Assembly (NCBI GenBank): GCA_965224105.1 | Contig: CBDCYH010000002.1 | Span: forward strand, 900,150 to 964,149 | Direction: 5' to 3' | Length of the DNA: 64,000 nucleotides | Origin: Rhodothermales bacterium | GTDB taxonomy: Bacteria; Bacteroidota; Rhodothermia; Rhodothermales; JABDKH01 | In this document: in pieces, positions 9,696-19,100 of the stretch | How the letters are laid out: each line of letters starts with the position of its first letter | How positions within the stretch are numbered: the stretch's first letter is position 1 | Translations under genes and position numbers: made by a program | Notes under the pieces: model-generated | Databases searched by the model: none | Told to the model about the DNA's origin: nothing | Seen by the model: only the letters and a program-made list of their open reading frames with translations

Positions 9696-10559
9696 ATGAG
9701 CAAAAAAGAGATCAACTTCACCAAGGAAGCGTTCTTGCATCCATGGAATCTTGCGTTTCTGATCGCCGCAATGTTCGTGACCGTTATGACCTCGGCGGTC
9801 GCAGGGGCCGCGTCCTGGCCGATTGACTCGCTGCTTGTTTTCGGGATGGCCATAGAACTTTTGTACCTCGGCATCATGCCGCGGCAGGAAAGGTTTCGAC
9901 GCGCGATAAGGTCGAAACAGGCAAAAGAACACGCGAAGCCGCCATCACAAAAAGAGGTCTTCCAGCATCTGACGAAGAACAGCCAGCGACGATACGCGCG
10001 ACTCCGGAAGCTGGGTAAAGACATCCAGGGTAACTACCGCAAGATGAGCTACGCTTCGCAGGGGATGCTCGATAGCCACGTAAAGAAAATAAACGGACTA
10101 CTGGATTCGTATTTGACTCTGCTGTATCAGCGGGAGCGATACGAGGTGTCATCCCACACAACGACAGAAGTCGAGGTTGTTCGGGCCATCGCTTCTTTGC
10201 GCGAAGACATGCTGGACGATCCCCCAAAAGTAAAAGCGATTAAGCAGCGACGCCTCAAGATTCTTGAGCAGCGCCTGAACCGTTTGAAAAAGGGCCACGA
10301 AAATCTGGAGGTGATTGACGCACAGCTGGCAACGATTGAGGACGTGGTAAAATACATCCACGAGCAGTCGATGACCCTCAGCAATCCTGAGGAGATTACT
10401 TTTCAGCTGGACACACTCCTGACCGAGGTGGAAGAAACCCAGCACTCCGTGCGCGAAATCGAAGAGGTGTTCGGCCGCGGTGCAGACATGCTCGATGATC
10501 TCGACACGTACGAGTCTGAGGATGAGGCTGTACGGCGCCGATCACGAGAACGAGAATAA
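9696..10559 (+). CDS. Two-TM membrane protein with a long cytoplasmic coiled-coil; likely PspA-associated membrane partner
   Basis: 287 aa. Two hydrophobic helices (residues about 15-60) followed by a Lys/Arg-rich coiled-coil and an acidic C-terminus. Same strand and tightly spaced after the pspA genes. Confidence 0.5.
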   Translation: MSKKEINFTKEAFLHPWNLAFLIAAMFVTVMTSAVAGAASWPIDSLLVFGMAIELLYLGIMPRQERFRRAIRSKQAKEHAKPPSQKEVFQHLTKNSQRRYARLRKLGKDIQGNYRKMSYASQGMLDSHVKKINGLLDSYLTLLYQRERYEVSSHTTTEVEVVRAIASLREDMLDDPPKVKAIKQRRLKILEQRLNRLKKGHENLEVIDAQLATIEDVVKYIHEQSMTLSNPEEITFQLDTLLTEVEETQHSVREIEEVFGRGADMLDDLDTYESEDEAVRRRSRERE

Positions 10560-10565
10560 CCCCAC

Positions 10566-11348
10566 ATGTCCGACACTCCTGTCGCCTTCGAGATTGTTGA
10601 ATCGTCTGTCGCAGTCATTACTATCAACCGCCCTGCCAAGCTGAACGCACTAGATGCGGATACCCTCGACGGACTTGAGGGAGCAATGCAAAAAGCCCTG
10701 CAGAACCCGGACGTGCGCGGCATCATGATCACAGGCGCAGGCGACAAAGCGTTTGTGGCCGGAGCTGACATTAGTCAGTTCACCTCGCTGGGATCTAAAG
10801 AAGCACGGACCTTCGCGCTTCGTGGACAACAACTGTTCTCGATGATCGAAGAATCCCCCAAGCCGGTCGTCGCTGCTGTCAACGGATTTGCACTGGGTGG
10901 CGGATGTGAACTCGCTCTGGCATGCCATTTCCGAATTGCATCATCCAACGCAATCTTCGGACAACCGGAAGTGAAGTTGGGTATCATCCCCGGATACGGC
11001 GGCACCCAGAGGCTGCCCCGTCTGGTTGGGACAGGAATAGCGACTGAGTTGATAATCTCAGGCGACACGATCGACGCCGCCAGGGCACTGGAAATTGGAC
11101 TCGTGAATGAAGTTGTAGAACCCGACCAGCTGAATGACGCGGTAGTGCGGAAACTGGTCCGAATTGGACGTAACGGACCCCTCGCCGTCGCCGCATCGCT
11201 CAAGGCCATTCGCGCATCGGTAAGCGGCCAAGCCGATGGGATGCAGGCAGAAGCTGATCTCTTCGGTGAAGTCTTCGATACGGAAGACATGGTGGAAGGA
11301 GTTACCGCCTTTCTGGAGAAAAGAATACCCTCGTTCAAAGCCCACTGA
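10566..11348 (+). CDS. Enoyl-CoA hydratase/isomerase (crotonase fold)
   Basis: 260 aa. ITINRPAKLNALD, GGGCELALACH and the oxyanion-hole motifs of the crotonase family. Confidence 0.9.
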   Translation: MSDTPVAFEIVESSVAVITINRPAKLNALDADTLDGLEGAMQKALQNPDVRGIMITGAGDKAFVAGADISQFTSLGSKEARTFALRGQQLFSMIEESPKPVVAAVNGFALGGGCELALACHFRIASSNAIFGQPEVKLGIIPGYGGTQRLPRLVGTGIATELIISGDTIDAARALEIGLVNEVVEPDQLNDAVVRKLVRIGRNGPLAVAASLKAIRASVSGQADGMQAEADLFGEVFDTEDMVEGVTAFLEKRIPSFKAH

Positions 11349-11356
11349 CACAAGCC

Positions 11357-12625
11357 ATGACGGCTATCATTGCGGTCACGCTCGCGCTATTATTGAGCGC
11401 ATTCTTCTCTGGATCAGAAATCGCGTTTGTTTCCTCAAACACGCTGCGAGTCGCGACCAAGGCTCAGTCAGGTGGATTCATTGGCCGAATCGTAAACACA
11501 TTCGTCGAGAACCCCGGCTCCCTTCTTACTACAACACTGGTCGGCAACAATCTGGCGCTTGTGATTTACTCGACGTTGATGGCCTTTGTGCTTGAGCCGC
11601 CACTGCACCACTTCGTCGAAACAAGTATTGGCCTGCATGGAGGAAGCGCGGCGCTGTTGGTGCTAGTATTCCAAACCGTCATCGCTTCACTGGTTGTTCT
11701 GTTTTTCGGTGAGATAATCCCGAAGTCGATTCTTCGCGAGGTTCCGGTGAGGGCCGTCTTTGCACTTGCCCTCCCGCTTCGAATAGTATACTATCTCCTG
11801 CTCCCACTGGTAAAGCTCGCTGAGGCGTCCAGCCGAGTGGTCGCGCGCGTATTTGGTTTCAACCCCGAAACTGCGTCGCGTGTGTTGCGCAAGGATTTTG
11901 AAATTGTAATCCAGGACAGCATCAGCAAAGGCGAACTTGCACTGGACGACGAAGAGCAAACCATCATCGCCAACCTGCTGGCGTTCGACTCGATGAAAGT
12001 GAAAGAATCGATGGTCCCTCGTACAGACATTATCGCAGTGGAAGAGTCAGCCTCTGTAGATGAAATCCGGTCGCTCCTTATTGAGTCCGGCTATTCCAAA
12101 CTGCCAGTGTTCGGTGAGAACATCGATTCCATCTCGGGCATCGTGTTCGCCAGGGACTTGTTCTCATTCCCCGAGACCGTCGCGGAAATACTCAAGCCTG
12201 TTCACTTCGTCCCCGAGTCCAAGCCCTCACGCGACCTGCTCCGCGAATTGCTCGACAACAACATTTCCGTCGCGGTGGTTTTGGATGAGTACGGTGGAGT
12301 ATCCGGACTCATTACGCTTGAGGACCTGCTCGAGGAATTGTTCGGAGACATTCAAGATGAATTTGACAACGACGAAGACATCGTGAGGAAGGTTGGTGAC
12401 AACACGTACATCCTTAGCGGCCGCGTTGAGATTGACGAGCTAAAAAGTAAAATTGACGTAGACCTCCCGGAGGGTGATTACGAAACCGTCGCGGGATTAA
12501 TCCTTGAGCGATCCGGCACGATCCCCACCTCCCGCGCCGAGATAGCCATCGACAACCTGCGGTTCACGATTCTTCAGTCGACTGCGAGTAGGATCGACCT
12601 TGTGCGATTGCGGATCGCCGACTAG
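11357..12625 (+). CDS. HlyC/CorC (CNNM) family transporter: DUF21 TM domain + CBS pair + CorC_HlyC C-terminal domain
   Basis: 422 aa. N-terminal multi-TM DUF21. The CBS pair region and C-terminal transporter-associated domain are clear by eye. Confidence 0.88.
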   Translation: MTAIIAVTLALLLSAFFSGSEIAFVSSNTLRVATKAQSGGFIGRIVNTFVENPGSLLTTTLVGNNLALVIYSTLMAFVLEPPLHHFVETSIGLHGGSAALLVLVFQTVIASLVVLFFGEIIPKSILREVPVRAVFALALPLRIVYYLLLPLVKLAEASSRVVARVFGFNPETASRVLRKDFEIVIQDSISKGELALDDEEQTIIANLLAFDSMKVKESMVPRTDIIAVEESASVDEIRSLLIESGYSKLPVFGENIDSISGIVFARDLFSFPETVAEILKPVHFVPESKPSRDLLRELLDNNISVAVVLDEYGGVSGLITLEDLLEELFGDIQDEFDNDEDIVRKVGDNTYILSGRVEIDELKSKIDVDLPEGDYETVAGLILERSGTIPTSRAEIAIDNLRFTILQSTASRIDLVRLRIAD

Positions 12626-13176
12626 CCCTGCTGGCGGACGAACCCGAGCACGAGTTTTGCGTGGGCAAGCACCTCCTCCACCCCGCCTATCCGGTCTAAT
12701 CTTTCCGCTGGGGTGGAATCGAGTCCGGGCACACTAATGCGCCCAATCCACAACAGCATTTTTTCCGACAACACACGTTTGCCGGGAAATTGCCCGGGAG
12801 CAAGGTGGGAAAAATAGAACTCCAGCCGATCTGCCAGGGAGTTGTATGCACCAACAAGATCATCGTTGGATGCACTATCGTCCCCATCCAGTAGGGCGCG
12901 ACCAAGCACGTAATCCCGGTATAAAAATGGCATCTCCGCGGATGCGGCCAACACCGATTGCGCGGATGGATTTCCCGCCAGTCCAAACTCCAACGATCGG
13001 GTGGTGACAACCGCGAGGAGGGCCATCGTCTCTTCCGATATTATCGTATGGTTGGCACCTGGAGTCACATCGGATGCTACAGCGATGAGGTGATTCGAGG
13101 TCGCGATCGCACCGAGCGTTGCGAAAGTCGAAACCTTGTTCAGGCCATCCGGGCCGGGTACAGGCGGTTTTTCCAA
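12622..13176 (-). CDS. Hypothetical protein (184 aa) immediately downstream of moaC
   Basis: Open frame 1 nt after the moaC stop and overlapping the corC stop by 4 nt. No recognisable motif. Confidence 0.35.
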   Translation of the reverse strand: MEKPPVPGPDGLNKVSTFATLGAIATSNHLIAVASDVTPGANHTIISEETMALLAVVTTRSLEFGLAGNPSAQSVLAASAEMPFLYRDYVLGRALLDGDDSASNDDLVGAYNSLADRLEFYFSHLAPGQFPGKRVLSEKMLLWIGRISVPGLDSTPAERLDRIGGVEEVLAHAKLVLGFVRQQG

Positions 13177-13177
13177 C

Positions 13178-13672
13178 CTAGTCGGATTCGGGTTTCAAAT
13201 AATCCCCGCTCTGTCCGCCAGTTTTGGCACGGAGGTGGATGTCGGTTATCTGAATCCCCTTCGAAATGCTTTTGCACATATCGTATATCGTAAGCGCGGC
13301 GATAGATACGGCAGTAAGCGCCTCCATCTCCACACCGGTCGGGCCAACGCTTTTCGCGAACGCGCGAATTTCCACGGCAGACATTTCTTCGACAAGCGTA
13401 AGCTCGATATCCACTCCCTTCAATGAAACATCGTGGCACAGCGGCACGAGCTTGCTCGTTTGTTTTGCACCCATGATGCCCGCGATCTGAGCTGTTGCAA
13501 GAACGTCTCCCTTCGCGATGGAGTTTTCAGATACGCGGTCGAAGGCTTCTTTACCCAGCAACACCCTTCCCGCCGCGACTGCCGTTCGCACACTCGACGG
13601 CTTATCGGTCACGTCAACCATTTTGACATTTCCATATTCATCAACGTGTGTGAGGAATGATGAATCGGACAT
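13178..13672 (-). CDS. moaC: Cyclic pyranopterin monophosphate synthase MoaC
   Basis: 164 aa. KLVPLCH and the MoaC fold signature. Confidence 0.93.
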   Translation of the reverse strand: MSDSSFLTHVDEYGNVKMVDVTDKPSSVRTAVAAGRVLLGKEAFDRVSENSIAKGDVLATAQIAGIMGAKQTSKLVPLCHDVSLKGVDIELTLVEEMSAVEIRAFAKSVGPTGVEMEALTAVSIAALTIYDMCKSISKGIQITDIHLRAKTGGQSGDYLKPESD

Positions 13673-13736
13673 AACAACTGGAGGTATCGATTGCTGAATG
13701 TAAAACCGTCGAACGTTACAACATTTGCGGAGGTTT

Positions 13737-14741
13737 CTAACCGCCGATGAGAATCATGGGTCGGTTTTCTGATGAGGCGATAGTATACATTCCATCATGT
13801 GAAAACTTTTTTCGTTTTACTGATGAAACAATTATTTGCGTGAGTTGCTCTTTTGTCGCCCCGGATCGAATCGCATCGCGCAAACTAACCTCAGCTTTTC
13901 CAAAGAGACACACCTTCAGATTTCCGTCGGCTGTCAGGCGCAGGCGATTGCATCCCCCACAGAAGTGCTCGCTCATGGAAGTGATGAATCCTATCGAACC
14001 TTTGTAACCCGGAATCCGGAAATTCTTTGCTGTGCTTGTCGCCGGAGAACTCCTCGCCTCTAAATCAGGGTACCGTTTGCTCACGTCCTCAAGGAGCGTT
14101 CGGTAGGGGATGAACTTTGCATCGGACCACTCATTCCCGGAAAAGGGCATGTACTCGATAAACCGCATTTCAAGGCCCCTTGAACTCGTTAGCTCGCAAA
14201 AATCAAGTACCTCGTCGTCGTTAACCCCCTTCATAACGACGCAATTTATTTTTACGTTTTGAATGCTGGATTGTAATGCCAGATCAATCGCCTCGATGGT
14301 TTTGTCCAGACCCCTGCGCCTGGTGATTTTCTCAAACCGGTCAGCCTGCAGGGTATCGAGGCTGATGTTGATGGTGTCCACTCCCGCCTCTTCCAGGGCC
14401 GGCAGACATCGCTGCAACAAAAGTCCGTTCGTGGTGATAGCGACGGATTTCAGTCCCGGGATCGCGCTGATTCTGTTGATTACATCCGTCGCATCTTTCC
14501 GCACCAATGGCTCGCCACCGGTAAATCGAATTTTGTCTATTCCCAGGTCGACGAAATGACGGGCGAGCAATTCCAGTTCATCAAACGTAAGGATCTCGGC
14601 CTTCGGAGACAGTGGCACCCCATCTGCCGGCATGCAATACGTGCATCGCAAGTTGCATCGTTCGGTTAACGAGATGCGCAAATAGGTGTGGTTGCGACCA
14701 AACGTATCGGTAAGAGCAAGATGTTGGTTGCCGTTATCCAT
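13737..14741 (-). CDS. moaA: GTP 3',8-cyclase MoaA (radical SAM)
   Basis: 334 aa. CNLRCTYC radical-SAM cluster motif. C-terminal second [4Fe-4S] cysteines CGGC. Confidence 0.93.
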   Translation of the reverse strand: MDNGNQHLALTDTFGRNHTYLRISLTERCNLRCTYCMPADGVPLSPKAEILTFDELELLARHFVDLGIDKIRFTGGEPLVRKDATDVINRISAIPGLKSVAITTNGLLLQRCLPALEEAGVDTINISLDTLQADRFEKITRRRGLDKTIEAIDLALQSSIQNVKINCVVMKGVNDDEVLDFCELTSSRGLEMRFIEYMPFSGNEWSDAKFIPYRTLLEDVSKRYPDLEARSSPATSTAKNFRIPGYKGSIGFITSMSEHFCGGCNRLRLTADGNLKVCLFGKAEVSLRDAIRSGATKEQLTQIIVSSVKRKKFSHDGMYTIASSENRPMILIGG

Positions 14742-15186
14742 CAGGGTTCTTTTCGAGAATGAGCGTCACCGGACCGTCGTTGACAAGCTCCACATCCATC
14801 ATTGCGCCAAAGACTCCGGTTTCCACTTTTTGTCCAATCTCAGAACCCAGGTGCCGGACGAATGACTCGTACAGGGGCTCGGCTATTTCCGGCCTCGCCG
14901 CCTCGATGTAAGAGGGTCGATTACCCTTGGCCGTATTGGCATAGAGCGTGAACTGAGACACTACCATTGCCTCCCCACCGCTCTCTGGAAGTGCCTTGTT
15001 CATTACTCCGTTTTCGTCTCTGAAGATTCTGATCTTTGCGCACTTTTTCGCCAACCACACAACCTCCTTCTCCGTGTCGTCGACACTAATACCCAGCAGA
15101 ATAAGATAGCCATGTCCGATTTGCCCAACGACCTGAGCATCGACTCTCACGCTTGCTCGCGAGACTCTTTGGATGAGTGCCTTCAT
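14734..15186 (-). CDS. dtd: D-aminoacyl-tRNA deacylase
   Basis: 150 aa. SQFTL and the GPVT motifs near the C-terminus. Confidence 0.92.
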   Translation of the reverse strand: MKALIQRVSRASVRVDAQVVGQIGHGYLILLGISVDDTEKEVVWLAKKCAKIRIFRDENGVMNKALPESGGEAMVVSQFTLYANTAKGNRPSYIEAARPEIAEPLYESFVRHLGSEIGQKVETGVFGAMMDVELVNDGPVTLILEKNPDG

Positions 15187-15841
15187 TGGTCCGTTTGTTT
15201 CAGCACGAATGATCGAAACTTTGCAATTGCTCTTCCACGATGGCTCACCGCATTCTTCTGTTGCAAATCCATCTGAGCAAAAGTAAACGGCTGTTTAGGG
15301 GCCGGAATATCGGATCATACCCAAACCCGCCATCTCCTGTCCGCTCCATCGCGATCTCGCCTTCACATTCACCTTCGAACAACCGGGTGCCCTCCGATGA
15401 CGTGAACGCCAGCACCGTCCGGAACCGGGCCGACCGGTCGGTCTTGTTTTCCAGATCCTTCAGCAGTTTCGAGCAGTTGGCTACGGCGTTGCACTCTGGG
15501 CCAGCATATCGGGCTGACATGACCCCGGGAGCACCCCCGAGTGCTTCGACCTCGAGGCCAGTGTCGTCGGCAAGAGTGGGAATGCCGAACCGCTCAAAGA
15601 TTTGCTCCGCCTTCAGTGCGGCGTTGCCCTCCAGGGTGTCGGCGGTTTCTTCAACATCCGGGGCGTCCGGGAAGGCCGATAGTGGTATAATTTCGATCCC
15701 AGTGTGCGAAAACTCAGACATCAGCTCTTCCACTTTTCCCGGATTCCGCGTCGAAAGGACTATTTTTGTCAGGTCGCTAATTACGATGGCGGTTTTTGTC
15801 GCGATACAGGGGTTACAAGAACAAACGTGGCGGATTATCAT
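15184..15841 (-). pseudogene. rdgB: dITP/XTP pyrophosphatase RdgB/HAM1 with an apparent single-base frameshift in a C4 run near 15297. The annotated frame stops at 15245. The -1 frame continues with the conserved PKQPFTFAQM...NAVSHRGRA C-terminus and ends in an ATGA overlap with dtd at 15184.
   Basis: The N-terminal two-thirds (KIVLSTRNPGKV, GFGYDPIF) are canonical RdgB. After DPIF the frame reads nonsense (RPLNSRLLLLRW*). The adjacent frame encodes the conserved SHR motif and terminates exactly at the dtd ATG. Confidence 0.65.
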
Positions 15842-15934
15842 TCCATGTTGGAATTGGCCACGTTCTTGCAGTAATTTGCTGGACTGGCTTTTTCCGAGCC
15901 CGACCGATTTTATAACAAACCAAAGAAATTCAGC

Positions 15935-16129
15935 GTGTCAGTAGGTATCAAGGTAAGAGATAACGAATCAATAGACCGCGCCCTGCGGCGATTCAAGCGA
16001 TCCGTAAACAGAAGCCGTGTATTGCGGATTTACAGGGCCAATATGGCGTTCACGAAACCATCGGAGGAGCGCCGGCTCGCGCGAGAGAAGGCCGCGAGAA
16101 ATTCCAGGAAGCGAAACCGATCCTACTAG
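15935..16129 (+). CDS. rpsU: 30S ribosomal protein S21
   Basis: 64 aa. IKVRDNESIDRALRRFKR matches S21. Confidence 0.93.
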   Translation: MSVGIKVRDNESIDRALRRFKRSVNRSRVLRIYRANMAFTKPSEERRLAREKAARNSRKRNRSY

Positions 16130-16145
16130 TCACAGCCGACTCCAC

Positions 16146-16178
16146 AAAGCCGCTCGATTCCACGGGCGGCTTTTTTTA
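16146..16178. terminator. Bidirectional rho-independent terminator between convergent rpsU (+) and the 2-oxoglutarate dehydrogenase gene (-)
   Basis: AAGCCGC-N12-GCGGCTT perfect 7-bp stem followed by TTTTTTT. An A-rich tract precedes it on the other strand. Confidence 0.6.
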
Positions 16179-19100
16179 TGCCAGGACCTCGTCAAGGATC
16201 GCCTGTTGCTGCAGTTGGTGTACCTTTGCGCTTCCTGTCGACGGACTCGCACTTGCATCTCGCCCCACATACCGCAGCTGCTTGGCGCCCGGCGCATCGG
16301 CCATCAGCCGTTCAATCCTCGGCGCAATGAATGTCCAAGCGCCCATATTCTTGGGCTCTTCCTGTAGCCACAGAACCTCAGACGCGTTGGCGTAACGCTG
16401 CAGCTCCGGCCCGACCTCATCCGACGGGAAAGGATAGAACTGCTCTATCCGAGTAATGGCAATTTCCGCCCGCAGGTCTTCGCTCTCCTCCATTCGCGCA
16501 AGCAGATCGAAATAGACCTTGCCGCTGCAGAAGACAAGCTTACGCGCTCGCGCCGGATCAGCCGTAGCGGGTATCATTCTTTGTACGGATCCAGCTACCA
16601 ATTCGCTAACAGGCGACACAGCCATTGGATGACGAAGCAAACTCTTTGGTGACATTACGACCAGCGGCTTGCGATTTCCGCGCATCATCTGCCGGCGTAG
16701 TGCATGGAAAAAATTGGCCGGTGACGTAAACGTGCAAACCGACATGTTGCCCTGGGCGCAGAGCTGCAGGAAGCGTTCGAGTCTTGCAGAGGAATGCTCT
16801 GGCCCCTGGCCCTCGTATCCATGCGGCAACAACAATACGAGACCGCTCTTCTGCCCCCACTTTTCTTCAGCCGCCGACATGAACTGGTCAAAGATTATTT
16901 GCGCTCCGTTGGCGAAGTCACCAAACTGTGCCTCCCACAGGACCAAAGTGTTAGGTGCCGCTACAGAGTAGCCGTACTCAAACCCACACGCGGCGTACTC
17001 CGACAGGAAGCTGTCATAGATAAGTAATGTGCCCTGCTCCTCCTGGATATGATTCAGCGGGATGTAGTCATCTCCTGTTGATTGGTCGACCAGTACACCG
17101 TGTCGATGGCTGAACGTACCCCGCTGTGAATCCTGTCCGGCAAGTCTAACGTTTTTCCCGTCAACGAGAAGTGAACCGTACGCAAGCGCCTCGGCCAATC
17201 CCCAGTCAACAATCTGCTTTTCCTTGTACAGGTTCTTGCGTCGCTCAAATTGGCGCACAAGCTTTTTGTGGATCCCGAAATCATCAGGCCACGAAACTAA
17301 TGCATCCAGGACCCGGTCGAGTCCTGACTCCGGAACGCCGGTATCGATCGAGCCAAAGGATTCCACTTCTTTGGAGCTCTCTGGTAGAGTGACGGTTTTC
17401 TCCGCATCCCTCTCGGCAATCTCCTTTGTTTCGTCGAATGCCTCCTGTAGTCGCGCTCGATAATCATCCAGCATCTTCTCCGCCTCCTCGAGACTCATCT
17501 CGCCGCGGGCAAGCAGCGCCTCGGTATAGAGTTTACGAACGGACCTTTTCGCTTCGATCTTTTCGTACAACAGTGGTTGTGTGTACGTCGGTTCGTCGCC
17601 CTCATTATGACCGTGGACCCGGTAACACAGCATGTCGATAACAACATCCTTGTCATACTCCTGTCGATAGTCGAACGCCATCCTCGCCACGCGAACGCAG
17701 GCCTCCGGATCGTCGCCGTTAACATGAAATATCGGCGCCTGAATCATGCGCGCAACATCCGTAGCGTACGTTGAGCTCCGCGCCTCTTCAGGTGTTGTGG
17801 TAAAGCCAATCTGGTTATTTATCACTACGTGGATGGTACCGCCCGTATGATAACCTGGCAGCTGGCTCAGATTAAGAGTCTCTGCAACCACCCCCTGGCC
17901 GGCAAAGGCAGCATCACCGTGAATGAGCAACGGCATCACCGCATCCCACGAATCAATTTCGTTCTCCTGCTCGCCCCGATCCATGCGCGTGCGCTGCTTC
18001 GCCCGGACCATCCCTTCGACCACAGGGTTGACTGCCTCGAGATGACTTGGATTGGACGCGAGCGTAATAGCCACCTCATTGCCTTCCGCGGAAACGTGGC
18101 TTCCCTCGAATCCCAGGTGGTACTTCACATCACCCGAGCCCTGCGTAGTATTGGGGTCGAGGCTTCCCTCGAACTCAGAGAAGATCACTTCGTACGGCTT
18201 GTGCAAAATATTGGCCAGCACGTTCAGCCGCCCGCGGTGGGCCATCCCGATCACCACCTCTTCTACCTTTCCATCTGCGGCACTCGACAGGATCGTGTCA
18301 ACCAATGGGATGACGGTCTCGGCACCTTCGAGTGAAAACCTTTTGTGGCCGATGTACTTGGTGTGTAGGAAGCGTTCAAAAGCCTCGGCGGCATTCATGT
18401 TGGAGAGAATTCTGCGCTTTTCTTCTGGCGGAAGCTCCTCGCTCGACCGGACGGGTTCAATACGCTCCTGCAACCACCGCTTTTCTTCTGGTGATGAGAT
18501 GTGCATGTACTCCACACCAATTTTCCTGGTGTAGGTATCGCGGATCACTTCCAGAATGTCTCTAAGCGGAAGCAGTGAGTCCATCCCACCGAGACCGCCT
18601 GTGTCAAACTCGCGGTCGAGGTCCCAGATGGTAAGCCCGTACGACGCCGGGTCCAGCTCCGGATGGTATTCCCACACGTGGCCCAGCGGGTTGACGTCTG
18701 CCTGAAGGTGTCCGCGAACACGATAGGCCCTGATAAGCTGCAGCACCCGGGCCTGCTTGTGGATCATCTCCTGATCCGAAGTCAACGCGGATCCGCCAAT
18801 CGCCGGCGTATTGTCAATTGCCAAACGATACGGCTGGTGTGGAATTCCCAACTCCGCGAACAACGTGTCGTAGAAGGTTTCCTTGCCGAGCAGGAGGTTG
18901 GTAACGTATGCCAGGAATGCTCCACTCTGCGCACCCTGGATAACGCGGTGATCGTATGTCGACGTGAGCGTCATCACCTGGGATATGCCGGTCTTGCTCA
19001 CAACTTCCGGCGGGAAGGCGTGATATTCCGGCGGATAACCGATCGACCCAACACCCACAATTAAGCCCTGTCCCTGCATTAGTCGCGGCACACTTAGCGA

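Noticed and set aside
9327-9932. 201-aa minus-strand ORF
   Set aside because: It is antisense across two well-formed + strand genes. It is Ser-rich and low-complexity.
10775-11353. 192-aa minus-strand ORF
   Set aside because: It is antisense to the enoyl-CoA hydratase gene, which has canonical crotonase motifs.
15240-15944. 234-aa + strand ORF
   Set aside because: It is antisense to rdgB and Ser/Pro/Arg-rich with low complexity. Its length is an artefact of GC-rich antisense reading and the rdgB frameshift region.
16147-16172. TCGATTCC-containing hairpin resembling a tRNA T-arm
   Set aside because: No acceptor, D or anticodon arms surround it. It is a perfect 7-bp stem followed by a T7 tract at the 3' end of rpsU, so it is an intrinsic terminator.
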